Shown piece by piece: positions 17,059 to 25,489 of a stretch of DNA of 54,983 nt; position 1 is the stretch's first letter; the number at the start of each line of letters is the position of its first letter. The translations under genes and the position numbers were made by a program. The notes beneath the pieces were generated by a model. The model searched no databases. It saw nothing but the letters and a program-made list of their open reading frames with translations, and was not told the DNA's origin. This DNA comes from Eubacteriales bacterium (GTDB taxonomy: Bacteria > Bacillota > Clostridia > Oscillospirales > CAG-272), in NCBI GenBank assembly GCA_045586105.1, contig JAZMZS010000211.1, positions 1 through 54,983 of the forward strand, in the 5' to 3' direction.

Positions 17059-18954
17059 TTATTCGGTAACGCCGATCCTGATCCAGGTACTCATATCGGA
17101 TATCTTGGTCGGCGTAAGCTCGTCCTTGGTGGTTTCCTTTTTATCGGTATTGTTCATCGTCATGTTGACAGAAATATGACCTGATGATATACCGAGCATT
17201 TTCTTCGGGATGGCAAGCTCGATGACGCATCCTGTATCCTTGTCCTTGTCATTGCCGATGCTTCCGCCGACGAAGGTTGCGCAGGATATACCGTCTGCAT
17301 CGATCTCGGAGAACTTTCCTCCCGCGACCTGCTCGAGCTTTTTGATGCCCTTTGCGTTAAGTCCGATCTTATAGTAATCATTGCCGCCGCAGGACAAAAA
17401 CAGCTGCAGCTCGTCCTTTTCGTTCAAGTACTCGTCAAGTCTGTCAACGAGGAAATATACGTTCTCCGCATCCTCGGAAATTCTGAGGGCGCATTGCGCA
17501 TCCGAGGCGCTTCCTATAAAGAGCGCATCTACTCCGCGCTTCCAATCGGCGTTGTCGCCGTCAACGGTAATGCTCTGCCCCTTTTGTGCATTGAAGGAAT
17601 GGTTAAGCACTCCTCTCGACACGGTAAGGAAGCTTGTTGTCTCTCCCGAGGAGAGCTTAGGCTGATAATCGCACACGATGCCGAGCGTATGATCGTCAAG
17701 CACCTCGACCGAGCTCCAGAGCCCTGTCGAAATTCCGTCAAGAACAGAATTGACATCCGAGAACTTACGCCCGTCGGGTGTGCCTATGCAGAGCTTCATT
17801 TCTCCCTCCTGCACCGCGACGTAGCTCAGTACCACCTCGCCCGAGTCGAACTGGCAAAGATACGGGGCGACACCGCCGAACATTTTTTCCTTCATCTCGG
17901 CGGGTCCCGCCTCGGTAAGTCCGAGGGGAGCTTTCCAGTTATCCTTCGAGTAGCCTACCGAAATATAGCAGGCACGGTCAAGATACTGTGTCTCTACCGC
18001 AACCATCGTATCACCGTTATGAAGCTCGACCGCAACCGGCATCTGACCGTTGAAGAAGGGCTTTCCGTTATAATCTCCTACGGGTATCTGCAGCACTCTC
18101 CACGCTTCGTAGGGGGATGCCGAGGTATCGGGCGTCCAGGTTCTGCCCTTGTCTGTCGATCGCAGAATAGCCGAGCCCGAGGAGCGTATATCCATATATC
18201 CGTACAACTCAATATATGGAGCGGTATGGGTGAAGTATATCTGCAGCTCGCCGTCCGTGCGGAGAAGTATATCGGGCTCCCAGGCAGTTGCGCCGTAGAT
18301 GATCTCCATATCCGACCAGGTATTTGCATTATCCGAGGATCGCTTGAGCGCCATACCGTTGAAGTTGTTTTTCTTTGTATAATTATTTTCGCTGATAAAG
18401 GTGCAGACCACGATTATCTCGCCGTCGGGCATTACCACCGCGTCAGCCGTGCAGAATTTCTTGGCGTCTCCGTCTATACTGGTTTTAGCAAACAGGAGCT
18501 TCGGCTCTGTCCAGGTAACGTAATCCTCGCTGAGCTTGTAATACACGTTGGGTCCCCATCTGCCGTCCTGGTATATCAGCATATATCTGCCGTCTGCGAG
18601 CACCTTTATTCTCGGGTAGTAGGTCTTAGAGGAGCCGGTGTCCTTCGAGACCATCTTCTCGACGCTTCGGAAATCGAGCTCTATCATCGACCCTCCGCCG
18701 TGTGACGGGTACTCACCTCGCGCATGCGAAGCGCCCTCTGTAATATCATATATGCTCTGTACCGAAATATCTCTCGTGTCGGTCTGCCCTTCATCCTGCT
18801 CCTGTGTAGTATCGGCAGTCTGAGTATCCACGCCTCCGGTATCGGCAACTGTACCGCTGTCCTCCCCGTCCGAGCAGGAGCACACGGCAACAGACATGGA
18901 AAGCAGCACACAAAGCAGCAGTGCAAAGGCTGTTTTCTTTTTTGTTACGTTCAT
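17059..18954 (-). CDS. BNR/Asp-box beta-propeller (sialidase-like glycoside hydrolase fold) lipoprotein with a C-terminal CBM9-like module
   Basis: Signal peptide plus Cys lipobox region (SVAVCSCSDG). Asp-boxes SSDNANTW and STDKGRTW. The C-terminal ~180 aa (DGDNADWKRGVDALFIG...VYFLVDRLD) resemble CBM9/DOMON-type sugar-binding modules. Start at ATG 18954 behind GAGGTGGG. Confidence 0.75.
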   Translation of the reverse strand: MNVTKKKTAFALLLCVLLSMSVAVCSCSDGEDSGTVADTGGVDTQTADTTQEQDEGQTDTRDISVQSIYDITEGASHARGEYPSHGGGSMIELDFRSVEKMVSKDTGSSKTYYPRIKVLADGRYMLIYQDGRWGPNVYYKLSEDYVTWTEPKLLFAKTSIDGDAKKFCTADAVVMPDGEIIVVCTFISENNYTKKNNFNGMALKRSSDNANTWSDMEIIYGATAWEPDILLRTDGELQIYFTHTAPYIELYGYMDIRSSGSAILRSTDKGRTWTPDTSASPYEAWRVLQIPVGDYNGKPFFNGQMPVAVELHNGDTMVAVETQYLDRACYISVGYSKDNWKAPLGLTEAGPAEMKEKMFGGVAPYLCQFDSGEVVLSYVAVQEGEMKLCIGTPDGRKFSDVNSVLDGISTGLWSSVEVLDDHTLGIVCDYQPKLSSGETTSFLTVSRGVLNHSFNAQKGQSITVDGDNADWKRGVDALFIGSASDAQCALRISEDAENVYFLVDRLDEYLNEKDELQLFLSCGGNDYYKIGLNAKGIKKLEQVAGGKFSEIDADGISCATFVGGSIGNDKDKDTGCVIELAIPKKMLGISSGHISVNMTMNNTDKKETTKDELTPTKISDMSTWIRIGVTE

Positions 18955-19003
18955 ATCCCACCTCATATAGTATTGTGAATATGGTTATTTTTTGCGAATT
19001 CGA

Positions 19004-19032
19004 TTGACAAACCTTACGCGAAATGGTAAAAT
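19004..19032 (+). promoter_or_regulatory. promoter upstream of the AraC gene at 19156
   Basis: TTGACA (19004-19009), 17 nt, TAAAAT (19027-19032), preceded by a TGG extended -10. Confidence 0.6.
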
Positions 19033-19155
19033 CCGATCATAGGACGGACAAAAGCGTACTGTTCATATTCAATTATAGCTTATATAAGCTGTATATGCAA
19101 GACAATTATTTCAAAAACCCGCGACAAATATTGCGGTCATGGGAGGTCTGTTCAG

Positions 19156-19947
19156 ATGGGAATATACTACGAGGACCACAAAAACAGCATAAAGGTATGG
19201 CACAGAACTCACGTGGAATTCCAGCCTCACTTTCATAACAGCATAGAGGTGATCTATGTGCTCGAGGGAGAGTGCAAGGCTTTCGTCGACTTCAAGGAGC
19301 ACACGGTAAGGGCGGGAGATCTTCTTATCGTCTTCCCTATTCAGATACATTCATACAAGGATACAGAAAAGCTCGATTGCTACATAATGATCTTTCCCGA
19401 CTCGATGTGCGCAGGCTTTTCCGAAATGCTGAGAAAAAACATTCCCGAATCTCCCATCGTCCGCTCGGGAGATATCGACGGAGCTCTTCTGCGCACCATC
19501 ATAAAACGCCTCAATGACACAAACGCAAAAGCCCTCTCCGCATTCAAATACGGCATTCTCGAGGGGTATTTTTCCGCACTTGTCGGAGAGATGCTCAGCC
19601 GCATGAAGCTAAAGCAGGACAGCCGCAACTATTCGACCGAGCACCATATTATCGCCTATTGCTCCGAGCATTACAAGGATGACATCACGCTTGACACGGT
19701 AGCGCAGGCTCTGCATATAAGCAAGTATCACATTTCGCATCTCTTCTCGGAAAAGCTGCAGACGAGCTTTTGCACCTTTGTGAATTCTCTCAGGCTCTCC
19801 GAGGCGTGCCGACTGCTAAAAAAGGGAGAAGGGACGACCGCATCCGCCCTCGCGAGCGGCTTTCCCTCGGTACGCACCTTCAACCGCATCTTCCGCGCCG
19901 AGTTTAACATGACGCCGACCGAATACATAAACTCATACAAGCGTTAA
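19156..19947 (+). CDS. AraC-family transcriptional regulator (cupin + HTH)
   Basis: N-terminal cupin/AraC-binding fold and C-terminal dual HTH (...HISKYHISHLFSEKL...GFPSVRTFNRIFRAEFNMTPTEY). GGGAGG RBS. Confidence 0.9.
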   Translation: MGIYYEDHKNSIKVWHRTHVEFQPHFHNSIEVIYVLEGECKAFVDFKEHTVRAGDLLIVFPIQIHSYKDTEKLDCYIMIFPDSMCAGFSEMLRKNIPESPIVRSGDIDGALLRTIIKRLNDTNAKALSAFKYGILEGYFSALVGEMLSRMKLKQDSRNYSTEHHIIAYCSEHYKDDITLDTVAQALHISKYHISHLFSEKLQTSFCTFVNSLRLSEACRLLKKGEGTTASALASGFPSVRTFNRIFRAEFNMTPTEYINSYKR

Positions 19948-20016
19948 AACGCGCCCGTTTGTAACTCTTTCACAAAATTACGGAACAGTTTTTGTAACTT
20001 TCGTCAAAAAGTATCA

Positions 20017-20045
20017 TTGATTTTTTTGAAAATATAGGATATAAT
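20017..20045 (+). promoter_or_regulatory. promoter of the 20103 gene
   Basis: TTGATT (20017-20022), 17 nt, TATAAT (20040-20045). Confidence 0.55.
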
Positions 20046-20102
20046 CAGCGTAGAAGGAGCAGATCCGCTCCTCTGATACAAAAAGACGAAAGGATGATAA
20101 CA

Positions 20103-20360
20103 ATGAAAAAGCTCTACATTCACGATCTTAATATTGACGATCTGATAAAGACGGTTGAAGCTTGCTCCGGAGAGGTCTACCTCGAGACGGAGGAGGGCGA
20201 CTCGCTCAATCTGAAATCAACCTTTTGCAGAATCATCGGACTTGCAAAGATACTCGAGGGAGCAAAGATAACGAAGGCGTATATCCGCTGCACCGATATT
20301 GACGACGAAACTCTCTTTTTCAGATTGAACCTCTACCATGAGGTCCCCAAAACCAACTGA
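20103..20360 (+). CDS. small hypothetical protein (85 aa) with a weak HPr-like pattern
   Basis: Start at the second ATG (MKKLY...) about 10 nt after GAAAGGA. By eye, YIHDLNIDDLIKTV...SLNLKSTFCRIIGLAKILEGAKIT lines up with HPr GIHARPATVLVQTA...VNLKSIMGVMSLG..GAEIT. This is a weak resemblance only. Confidence 0.55.
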   Translation: MKKLYIHDLNIDDLIKTVEACSGEVYLETEEGDSLNLKSTFCRIIGLAKILEGAKITKAYIRCTDIDDETLFFRLNLYHEVPKTN

Positions 20361-20375
20361 CAGACAAGCGCTCTG

Positions 20376-20420
20376 CAGGATGTAAAAAACACGTGTTTTT
20401 TACATCCTGTTTTTATTTTT
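20376..20420 (+). terminator. rho-independent terminator
   Basis: caggatgtaaaaaacac / gtgttttttacatcctg perfect 17-bp stem followed by a T-run. Confidence 0.85.
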
Positions 20421-20424
20421 CCTG

Positions 20425-20453
20425 TTTACAAATCGACACCTGTATTGTATAAT
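20425..20453 (+). promoter_or_regulatory. promoter of the RnfC-RnfD-like gene
   Basis: TTTACA (20425-20430), 17 nt, TATAAT (20448-20453) with an upstream TG. It lies inside the 5' end of the track ORF, so the true start is downstream. Confidence 0.6.
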
Positions 20454-20495
20454 AGTAAAAACGACCGATTCGGAATGCGAGGTGAAGCTCGGGAA

Positions 20496-23117
20496 ATGGG
20501 TTACGGATTAAAGCTCAAAAAGCCCTTTTATACAAAAAACACCGATATACACACAATAGAACATATTCCCGAGGTAGTTCTGTCCTTCGATCCCCGCCAC
20601 ACCCTTGCGGCGGCAGAAGGGGATCAAGTTCTTGCGGGTCAGCTGCTGGCTGATGCCCCTGCCGATCTTACTCCGGTCTACAGCAGTGTATCGGGAAGGA
20701 TCGCTTCTATAGACAAAAGAAACGGTATCGGATACATCAGGATCGAAAACGACAACGAATACAGCATAGCCGAGTCTCCCTTTGAAAAGAAAAAGCTTTC
20801 GGCTATGACCGATGACGAGATACTCGAGCGTATCCGTCTGTGCGCTATACCCGAGTGGCAGCTCTTTTCCGACATAAAAGCAGTGCGGCGTCTTGTCATC
20901 AGCTGTCTTGATTCCGATATATATTCTTCAGACAGAAAATGCACTATCCGCCACAGAGCAAGAGAGCTTATCGGCGGTGCGAAGATATTATTGAAGCTGC
21001 TCGGACTTGACCTGTGTGAGATCGTGATCGAAAGGCGCAGCACCGAGCATATAAACCGCCTGCTCGAGTATATAGGAGAATCCTCGCTATTTGACATAAT
21101 CGAAGTAAACGGGAAATACCCTCTCGGAGAGGACAGCAGAGTGATCTCGCAGCTTCCCTCTTCAAGAAAGACCGAGGATGGCAGGACATGTGTGCTGAGT
21201 GCACATGCCGCAGCCGATATATACAGAGCCTTCTCTGATGGTATGCCTTGTATAAGCCGCATAATATCGATAGGCGGCTCTGCCCTCAGCTCGGGCGGAT
21301 GCTACCGCATTCCTCTCGGAACACCGATCGAATGTATAGCAGGCGAGCTTGCAAGACGTCCCGACGGCAGTATGCCTTCTGTCATTTTTGCCGAGAACGG
21401 AGCGATGAGCGGAACCGTCCGTGACATGAAGGAGGCATACACCGCACACAGCACTCACTCGCTCGTATTTATTGACGAGAGCTGTGCTTTTGTAAACACC
21501 TCATCCTGCATCGGCTGTGCAAAGTGCGACAGCGTATGTCCCGACGGCCTTATTCCCTCCGCATTTATAAGGAGCATGGATAAGGATAAGAAACACGCTC
21601 TGAGCATCAGCAGACTTGACAAATGCTCGGGATGCGGTACTTGCTCCTACGTTTGTCCCGCAAAGCTCCCGATACATGAAATGGCACGCGGAAACTCCGA
21701 TGTCCCTCCTCCTCATATGCTCCCTGTAAAGCAGAAGATCAAAAGCACACCTCTTCTTCGTTCTCCCGAGAGCGTGCGGACGATATCTCTCGATCTGATC
21801 CTTGCTCTCTGCGTGCTTGCGGGATGGGCAATATGCCGCTTCGGCATTATGGCGCTCGCGATCTGCGCAGTATCCGTAATGTCCGCTGTCGGCTCGGACA
21901 TTCTCTATACGCTTCTGACAAAGAGAAACGTGCGCTCCGTGCTTGATCTCAGCTCTGTTGTGTGCGGTATGCTGTGCGGACTTACCATGAGTATAAAAAC
22001 GCCGTTATACGTAGCGGCGGCTGCATCCTTCTTTGCGGTGATGATCGTCCGCGGAGCCTTCGGCGGAAGCGGAAAAAACATCATCCATAGTGCTTTTGCG
22101 GCACGGGTGGTCATCTCTCTGTTCTGGCATGACGGCTTTGTTTACGAAAGCGGCAGAAACTACACTCTGTTCGACCACCTTCTCGGAAACACCGAGGGGG
22201 CGCTCGGTGAGGTATCGTTTATACTTCTTTGCGCATGTGCGCTCTATCTCATATACAAGCGGGTAATATCCATACCCCCGATGCTTGCAACGCTCGCCGC
22301 CTTTACAGTAACAATGTTCATATGCGCTCCAGCATCGAACACCGCCGATTATGTAAAGATAACTCTGATAAGCACGGCTGTAATGCTTGTAAGCGTATTC
22401 TGCTCTGCCGAATACTCCTCTCTTCCCACGACACTGCCGGGAAGGATAGCGTACGGCGTGATCTGCGGATCCGTCTGTGCGGTCATAACCCGCTTCACAT
22501 CCTATGAGGGCGCGTATATAGCATCGGTAATTGCGAGCCTTATCACGGTGCCTCTGTTCAGCCGTATCGGCAGGATCAGGCATCAGCCGCTCACGGCAGA
22601 AGCACCCGACGCCCCTGCCGCTTCCGCTGCGGAGAAGAGCGGCGAGACGAATGAGTTTATCTCTCCGGACGAAAATGCCGCAGATGAAGCTGAGACTGTT
22701 TCTTGTGAGCCTCAGCCCGACGAAGAGACAGGCCTCCATGCCGAGCCCGGCACCGAAGCATCCGATTCTTCCCTCGATCCGCCTGCCTCCTCAGAGGAGG
22801 GGATCACAGCAGAGGAGGAGCAGGCACTCATACCCGTACATCAAGATGATGCTCCGGAGGAGGAGCCTTCCTCTATAGATGAGGATTCTGCCGCCAACGA
22901 GGATATCTCCGATGAAAGCGAACAGATCCCGACCGGAGAGGACAAAGAGGAATTTGACATCGATTCGGAAAAGCTCCTCGATGCCCTTTCTGCAGAGATA
23001 GGTCTCGACGATGACGATGACTCGGATGCGTCAAGAAGCGGGATACTTCCGTCCGCAGGCTCGGCAGATATCGATTCGGACGAGCTGTTCAGAAAGATAT
23101 ATAACGAAACCGAATAA
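20496..23117 (+). CDS. RnfC-like / RnfD-like fusion membrane protein with a long acidic C-terminal tail (degenerate cofactor sites)
   Basis: RnfC N-domain (VLAGQLLAD...VYSSVSGRI). Two 4Fe-4S motifs (CIGCAKCDSVCP, CSGCGTCSYVCP). RnfD-like polytopic domain (SPESVR..., DLSSVVCGMLCGL, FGGSGKNIIHSAFAAR, GALGEVS, FCSAEYSSLP). About 180 aa Asp/Glu/Ser-rich tail. Start ATG 20496 (MGYGLK) preferred; ATG 20475 is possible. Confidence 0.8.
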   Translation: MGYGLKLKKPFYTKNTDIHTIEHIPEVVLSFDPRHTLAAAEGDQVLAGQLLADAPADLTPVYSSVSGRIASIDKRNGIGYIRIENDNEYSIAESPFEKKKLSAMTDDEILERIRLCAIPEWQLFSDIKAVRRLVISCLDSDIYSSDRKCTIRHRARELIGGAKILLKLLGLDLCEIVIERRSTEHINRLLEYIGESSLFDIIEVNGKYPLGEDSRVISQLPSSRKTEDGRTCVLSAHAAADIYRAFSDGMPCISRIISIGGSALSSGGCYRIPLGTPIECIAGELARRPDGSMPSVIFAENGAMSGTVRDMKEAYTAHSTHSLVFIDESCAFVNTSSCIGCAKCDSVCPDGLIPSAFIRSMDKDKKHALSISRLDKCSGCGTCSYVCPAKLPIHEMARGNSDVPPPHMLPVKQKIKSTPLLRSPESVRTISLDLILALCVLAGWAICRFGIMALAICAVSVMSAVGSDILYTLLTKRNVRSVLDLSSVVCGMLCGLTMSIKTPLYVAAAASFFAVMIVRGAFGGSGKNIIHSAFAARVVISLFWHDGFVYESGRNYTLFDHLLGNTEGALGEVSFILLCACALYLIYKRVISIPPMLATLAAFTVTMFICAPASNTADYVKITLISTAVMLVSVFCSAEYSSLPTTLPGRIAYGVICGSVCAVITRFTSYEGAYIASVIASLITVPLFSRIGRIRHQPLTAEAPDAPAASAAEKSGETNEFISPDENAADEAETVSCEPQPDEETGLHAEPGTEASDSSLDPPASSEEGITAEEEQALIPVHQDDAPEEEPSSIDEDSAANEDISDESEQIPTGEDKEEFDIDSEKLLDALSAEIGLDDDDDSDASRSGILPSAGSADIDSDELFRKIYNETE

Positions 23118-23132
23118 CCTTTCCGACAGGTA

Positions 23133-23169
23133 TAAAAGGGTCTTTGCACATCCGCAAAGACCCTTTTCA
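23133..23169. terminator. bidirectional terminator between convergent genes
   Basis: aaagggtctttgc / gcaaagacccttt stem with A-run and T-run flanks. Confidence 0.8.
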
Positions 23170-23180
23170 ATTGCTCTATA

Positions 23181-23495
23181 TCAAATTCTCGACTGATACT
23201 CCTCAAAGAACTCAGCAACGCACATGGGGGTAACTGTATTTCTGACCATACAGTCATACATTTCCGATGCCCTGTCAAAAAGCGAGCTGACAGCGGGAAT
23301 TACAGCGCTCTCTCCCGACACCTCCCGATCGGAATGCTTGGTCACCAAAAGATCATACACATACCTTACATACAGCGTATGGTCTGTGTTCGGTCTCTTT
23401 ATCAATCTGTATGTCAGCAAAAAGCCTCCGCAGCTGACAGTTTTGGTTCTGAGACAGCGTGTAGTGGAATGGATCGTATTATTATCGGTTTTCAT
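23181..23495 (-). CDS. hypothetical protein (104 aa)
   Basis: Start ATG 23495 (MKTDNN...) lies 6 nt after GAGGTG. No family recognised. Confidence 0.5.
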   Translation of the reverse strand: MKTDNNTIHSTTRCLRTKTVSCGGFLLTYRLIKRPNTDHTLYVRYVYDLLVTKHSDREVSGESAVIPAVSSLFDRASEMYDCMVRNTVTPMCVAEFFEEYQSRI

Positions 23496-23779
23496 ATCTG
23501 CACCTCGAATTGAAAAAAGTGTTTTTGCTCCGCACATCGAAGCGGCTATTCATCATGGTCTCAAGAGAGGGGTAATTACCATTCTACCATAGCCTCCGAC
23601 ACAGGTATTATGTCAGTTTGATTGTGAAAATCACAGAGAATTTTGTCATAATTCCCTATTATTATCAGTTTTTTCTATCATAGGCATAATGCTCCCGCTA
23701 TTCCGTTAATTGTGTGATGCAATCCTGCGCAATATACTGTAAAATATATGATGAAAGACATACATGATAAGGAGGAAGA

Positions 23780-24034
23780 ATGAGATTCAAGAACGTAGCA
23801 GCATCATTTAATGCTATGCACCCATCCGCATATAGATTTCTCGTCTTTTGTCTGTCAATGATACTCGCATCGCTGTTTTTGTTTTGTCTGTATCTGGAAA
23901 AGGCAAACGCAAGCGTGCTATTTTCAATGTGGGTACAGAGGGTATACATATCAGAGACCGTGCTTAGCGCTGTGCTGATCAGCTTCGGAGGGGCGTTTTT
24001 GCTCGACGTTGCACACAAAAGAGATGCACGGTAA
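23780..24034 (+). CDS. small hypothetical membrane protein (84 aa, 2 hydrophobic helices)
   Basis: Strong RBS TAAGGAGGAAGA before the ATG. Followed by a terminator. Confidence 0.55.
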   Translation: MRFKNVAASFNAMHPSAYRFLVFCLSMILASLFLFCLYLEKANASVLFSMWVQRVYISETVLSAVLISFGGAFLLDVAHKRDAR

Positions 24035-24052
24035 CAGACGATGACGATCGGA

Positions 24053-24093
24053 TAAAAAAACGCTTATCCGTTTTTGCCGGATAAGCGTTTTTT
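24053..24093. terminator. bidirectional terminator
   Basis: aaacgcttatccg / cggataagcgttt stem flanked by AAAAAA and TTTTT. Confidence 0.8.
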
Positions 24094-24098
24094 CGTTG

Positions 24099-24608
24099 TT
24101 ATTCTCTTTCGGTTCCTCTGAAGGAAAGTGCTCTCCCGATGCTCTTGTCAAGCAGAATGCCAAGCACACCGCACGAAAGGATCTCTCCGATCCCTACTGT
24201 AACGAACATAAATACGAGTGCATCCTCCGCCCCGTACGCGTATCTGAGCACAAACGGAATAATGACCGTATTAGACAGTATCGGCGGCAGCATAGCGAGC
24301 AGCTTATGCCTCTCGCCTATAAGCCTCGTGCCCACTGCTCCGATAAGCGTGGCAATGCTGCCGAATACCACGTCTGTCGCCGCTCCGCCTGTGAGCAGAT
24401 TGGCTGTAAGACAGCCGATAAACAGTCCCGGGATCGCTGCAGGCGTGTAAATGGGAAGTATACACAGCGCCTCCGAAAAGCGCAGCTGTATCACGCCGCT
24501 CGAAAGTCCCATCACCATGCTGAGATAGGTCAGGCAGACGTACAGTGCCGCTATCGCGGCTGCGAGAGTCAGCTCTCTTGTTTTGCTTTTGCTTTTGATA
24601 AATATCAC
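24099..24608 (-). CDS. queT: queuosine-precursor transporter QueT (ECF S-component type)
   Basis: 169 aa. The pattern LTLAAAIAALYVCLTYL...IQLRFSEAL..LP...PGLFIGC...NL is typical of QueT, and a preQ1-I riboswitch sits immediately upstream. The start (GTG 24608) is uncertain because the SD abuts it. Confidence 0.85.
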   Translation of the reverse strand: MIFIKSKSKTRELTLAAAIAALYVCLTYLSMVMGLSSGVIQLRFSEALCILPIYTPAAIPGLFIGCLTANLLTGGAATDVVFGSIATLIGAVGTRLIGERHKLLAMLPPILSNTVIIPFVLRYAYGAEDALVFMFVTVGIGEILSCGVLGILLDKSIGRALSFRGTERE

Positions 24609-24650
24609 CCCTTAGTTTTGTTTTAGGTGAGGATGGTTTCGAACTCACCG
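24609..24650 (-). promoter_or_regulatory. preQ1-I riboswitch
   Basis: The minus strand reads GUGAG-UUC-GAAACCAUC-CUCAC-CUAAAACAAAACUAAGGGG. It matches the B. subtilis queC aptamer AGAGG-UUC-UAGCUACAC-CCUCU-AUAAAAAACUAAGG element for element: 5-bp P1, UUC, a 9-nt loop, and an A-rich tail ending in the CUAAGG SD. Confidence 0.85.
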
Positions 24651-24655
24651 TTATA

Positions 24656-25489
24656 TCAGGCATTGCTGCCTTGATTTTTTAATTTGTATTCGGTGGCACT
24701 CACACCGAAAAAGCGCTTGAACATTCTCGAGAAATTGGCGCTGTCCGTATACCCCACTGCATATGCCGCACGTGCCACGGTGTAATTATGCTCCAACAGA
24801 AGCTCTGCCGCACGGTTGAAGCGGTACTCCATAAGGTAATCTCTCGGGCTGACGCCCGTCTCCCTTTTGAACATGGAGGAAAAATACGTTCTCTCAAGAC
24901 CGAGCATCTGAGAAATATCCGACACACCGATCTCGTTCATGTAATTTACCTCGATATAGCTCTTCGCCCTCTCGACGTATTCGTCCGTGCGGCTCACGGG
25001 ATGCTTTGCTTCGTTTATGAGGCAGGCGGTAATATCCCATATGCGCGCACTCAGATATTCCTGCTGTCCGTTTCTGATATCCTTAGCCTTCATTATGTGC
25101 AAAAAGATATCATGTAATCCTGCCGACTGCATAACTACCCGACCGTCAATGGCGGACATATCGTGATCCGAGCGGAATGATATCCACGTATAATGCCACG
25201 GATCCCGCTCATCAGCCTGATAAAAGAAATGCTCGTACGGGCGCAGGACAAAGCACTGCGACGCCCCAACCTCATAGGTCACGTCATCAACGACCACTAT
25301 CCCCTTCCCTGAGCTTACGTAGTGTATGATCCAATAATCACACACACTCACACCTCTGTAATGGAGCGGTCTGCATTTTTCCTCCCCGAAGGTAAGAGGA
25401 TCAAAGCCCGGCAGTGACTTGCTCGGTACATAATACCACCGTCTCTGCTCGGAGCGCTCAGACGCAGGTATTTTCATATTCTGTCTCAT
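24656..25489 (-). CDS. AraC-family transcriptional regulator
   Basis: Cupin-like N-domain plus C-terminal HTH pair (...GYTDSANFSRMFKRFFGVSATEY). Paralog of the upstream gene; ATGA start/stop overlap. Confidence 0.88.
   Translation of the reverse strand: MRQNMKIPASERSEQRRWYYVPSKSLPGFDPLTFGEEKCRPLHYRGVSVCDYWIIHYVSSGKGIVVVDDVTYEVGASQCFVLRPYEHFFYQADERDPWHYTWISFRSDHDMSAIDGRVVMQSAGLHDIFLHIMKAKDIRNGQQEYLSARIWDITACLINEAKHPVSRTDEYVERAKSYIEVNYMNEIGVSDISQMLGLERTYFSSMFKRETGVSPRDYLMEYRFNRAAELLLEHNYTVARAAYAVGYTDSANFSRMFKRFFGVSATEYKLKNQGSNA

Noticed and set aside
17494-18705. 403-aa plus-strand ORF. The same class includes 1301-2386, 6168-7067, 8084-8809, 40280-41251 and 53334-54242.
   Set aside because: All lie antisense to genes with clear family motifs or span two real genes. 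None has an RBS or recognisable domain.
19023-19238. 71-aa ORF in the leader of the AraC gene at 19156.
   Set aside because: It starts inside the promoter -10 region, overlaps the AraC start out of frame, and has no RBS.
23624-23636. Palindrome TGTGAAAATCACA, considered as a CRP/FNR-type site.
   Set aside because: The spacing (3 nt) does not fit TGTGA-N6-TCACA. It is a single occurrence and too short to call.
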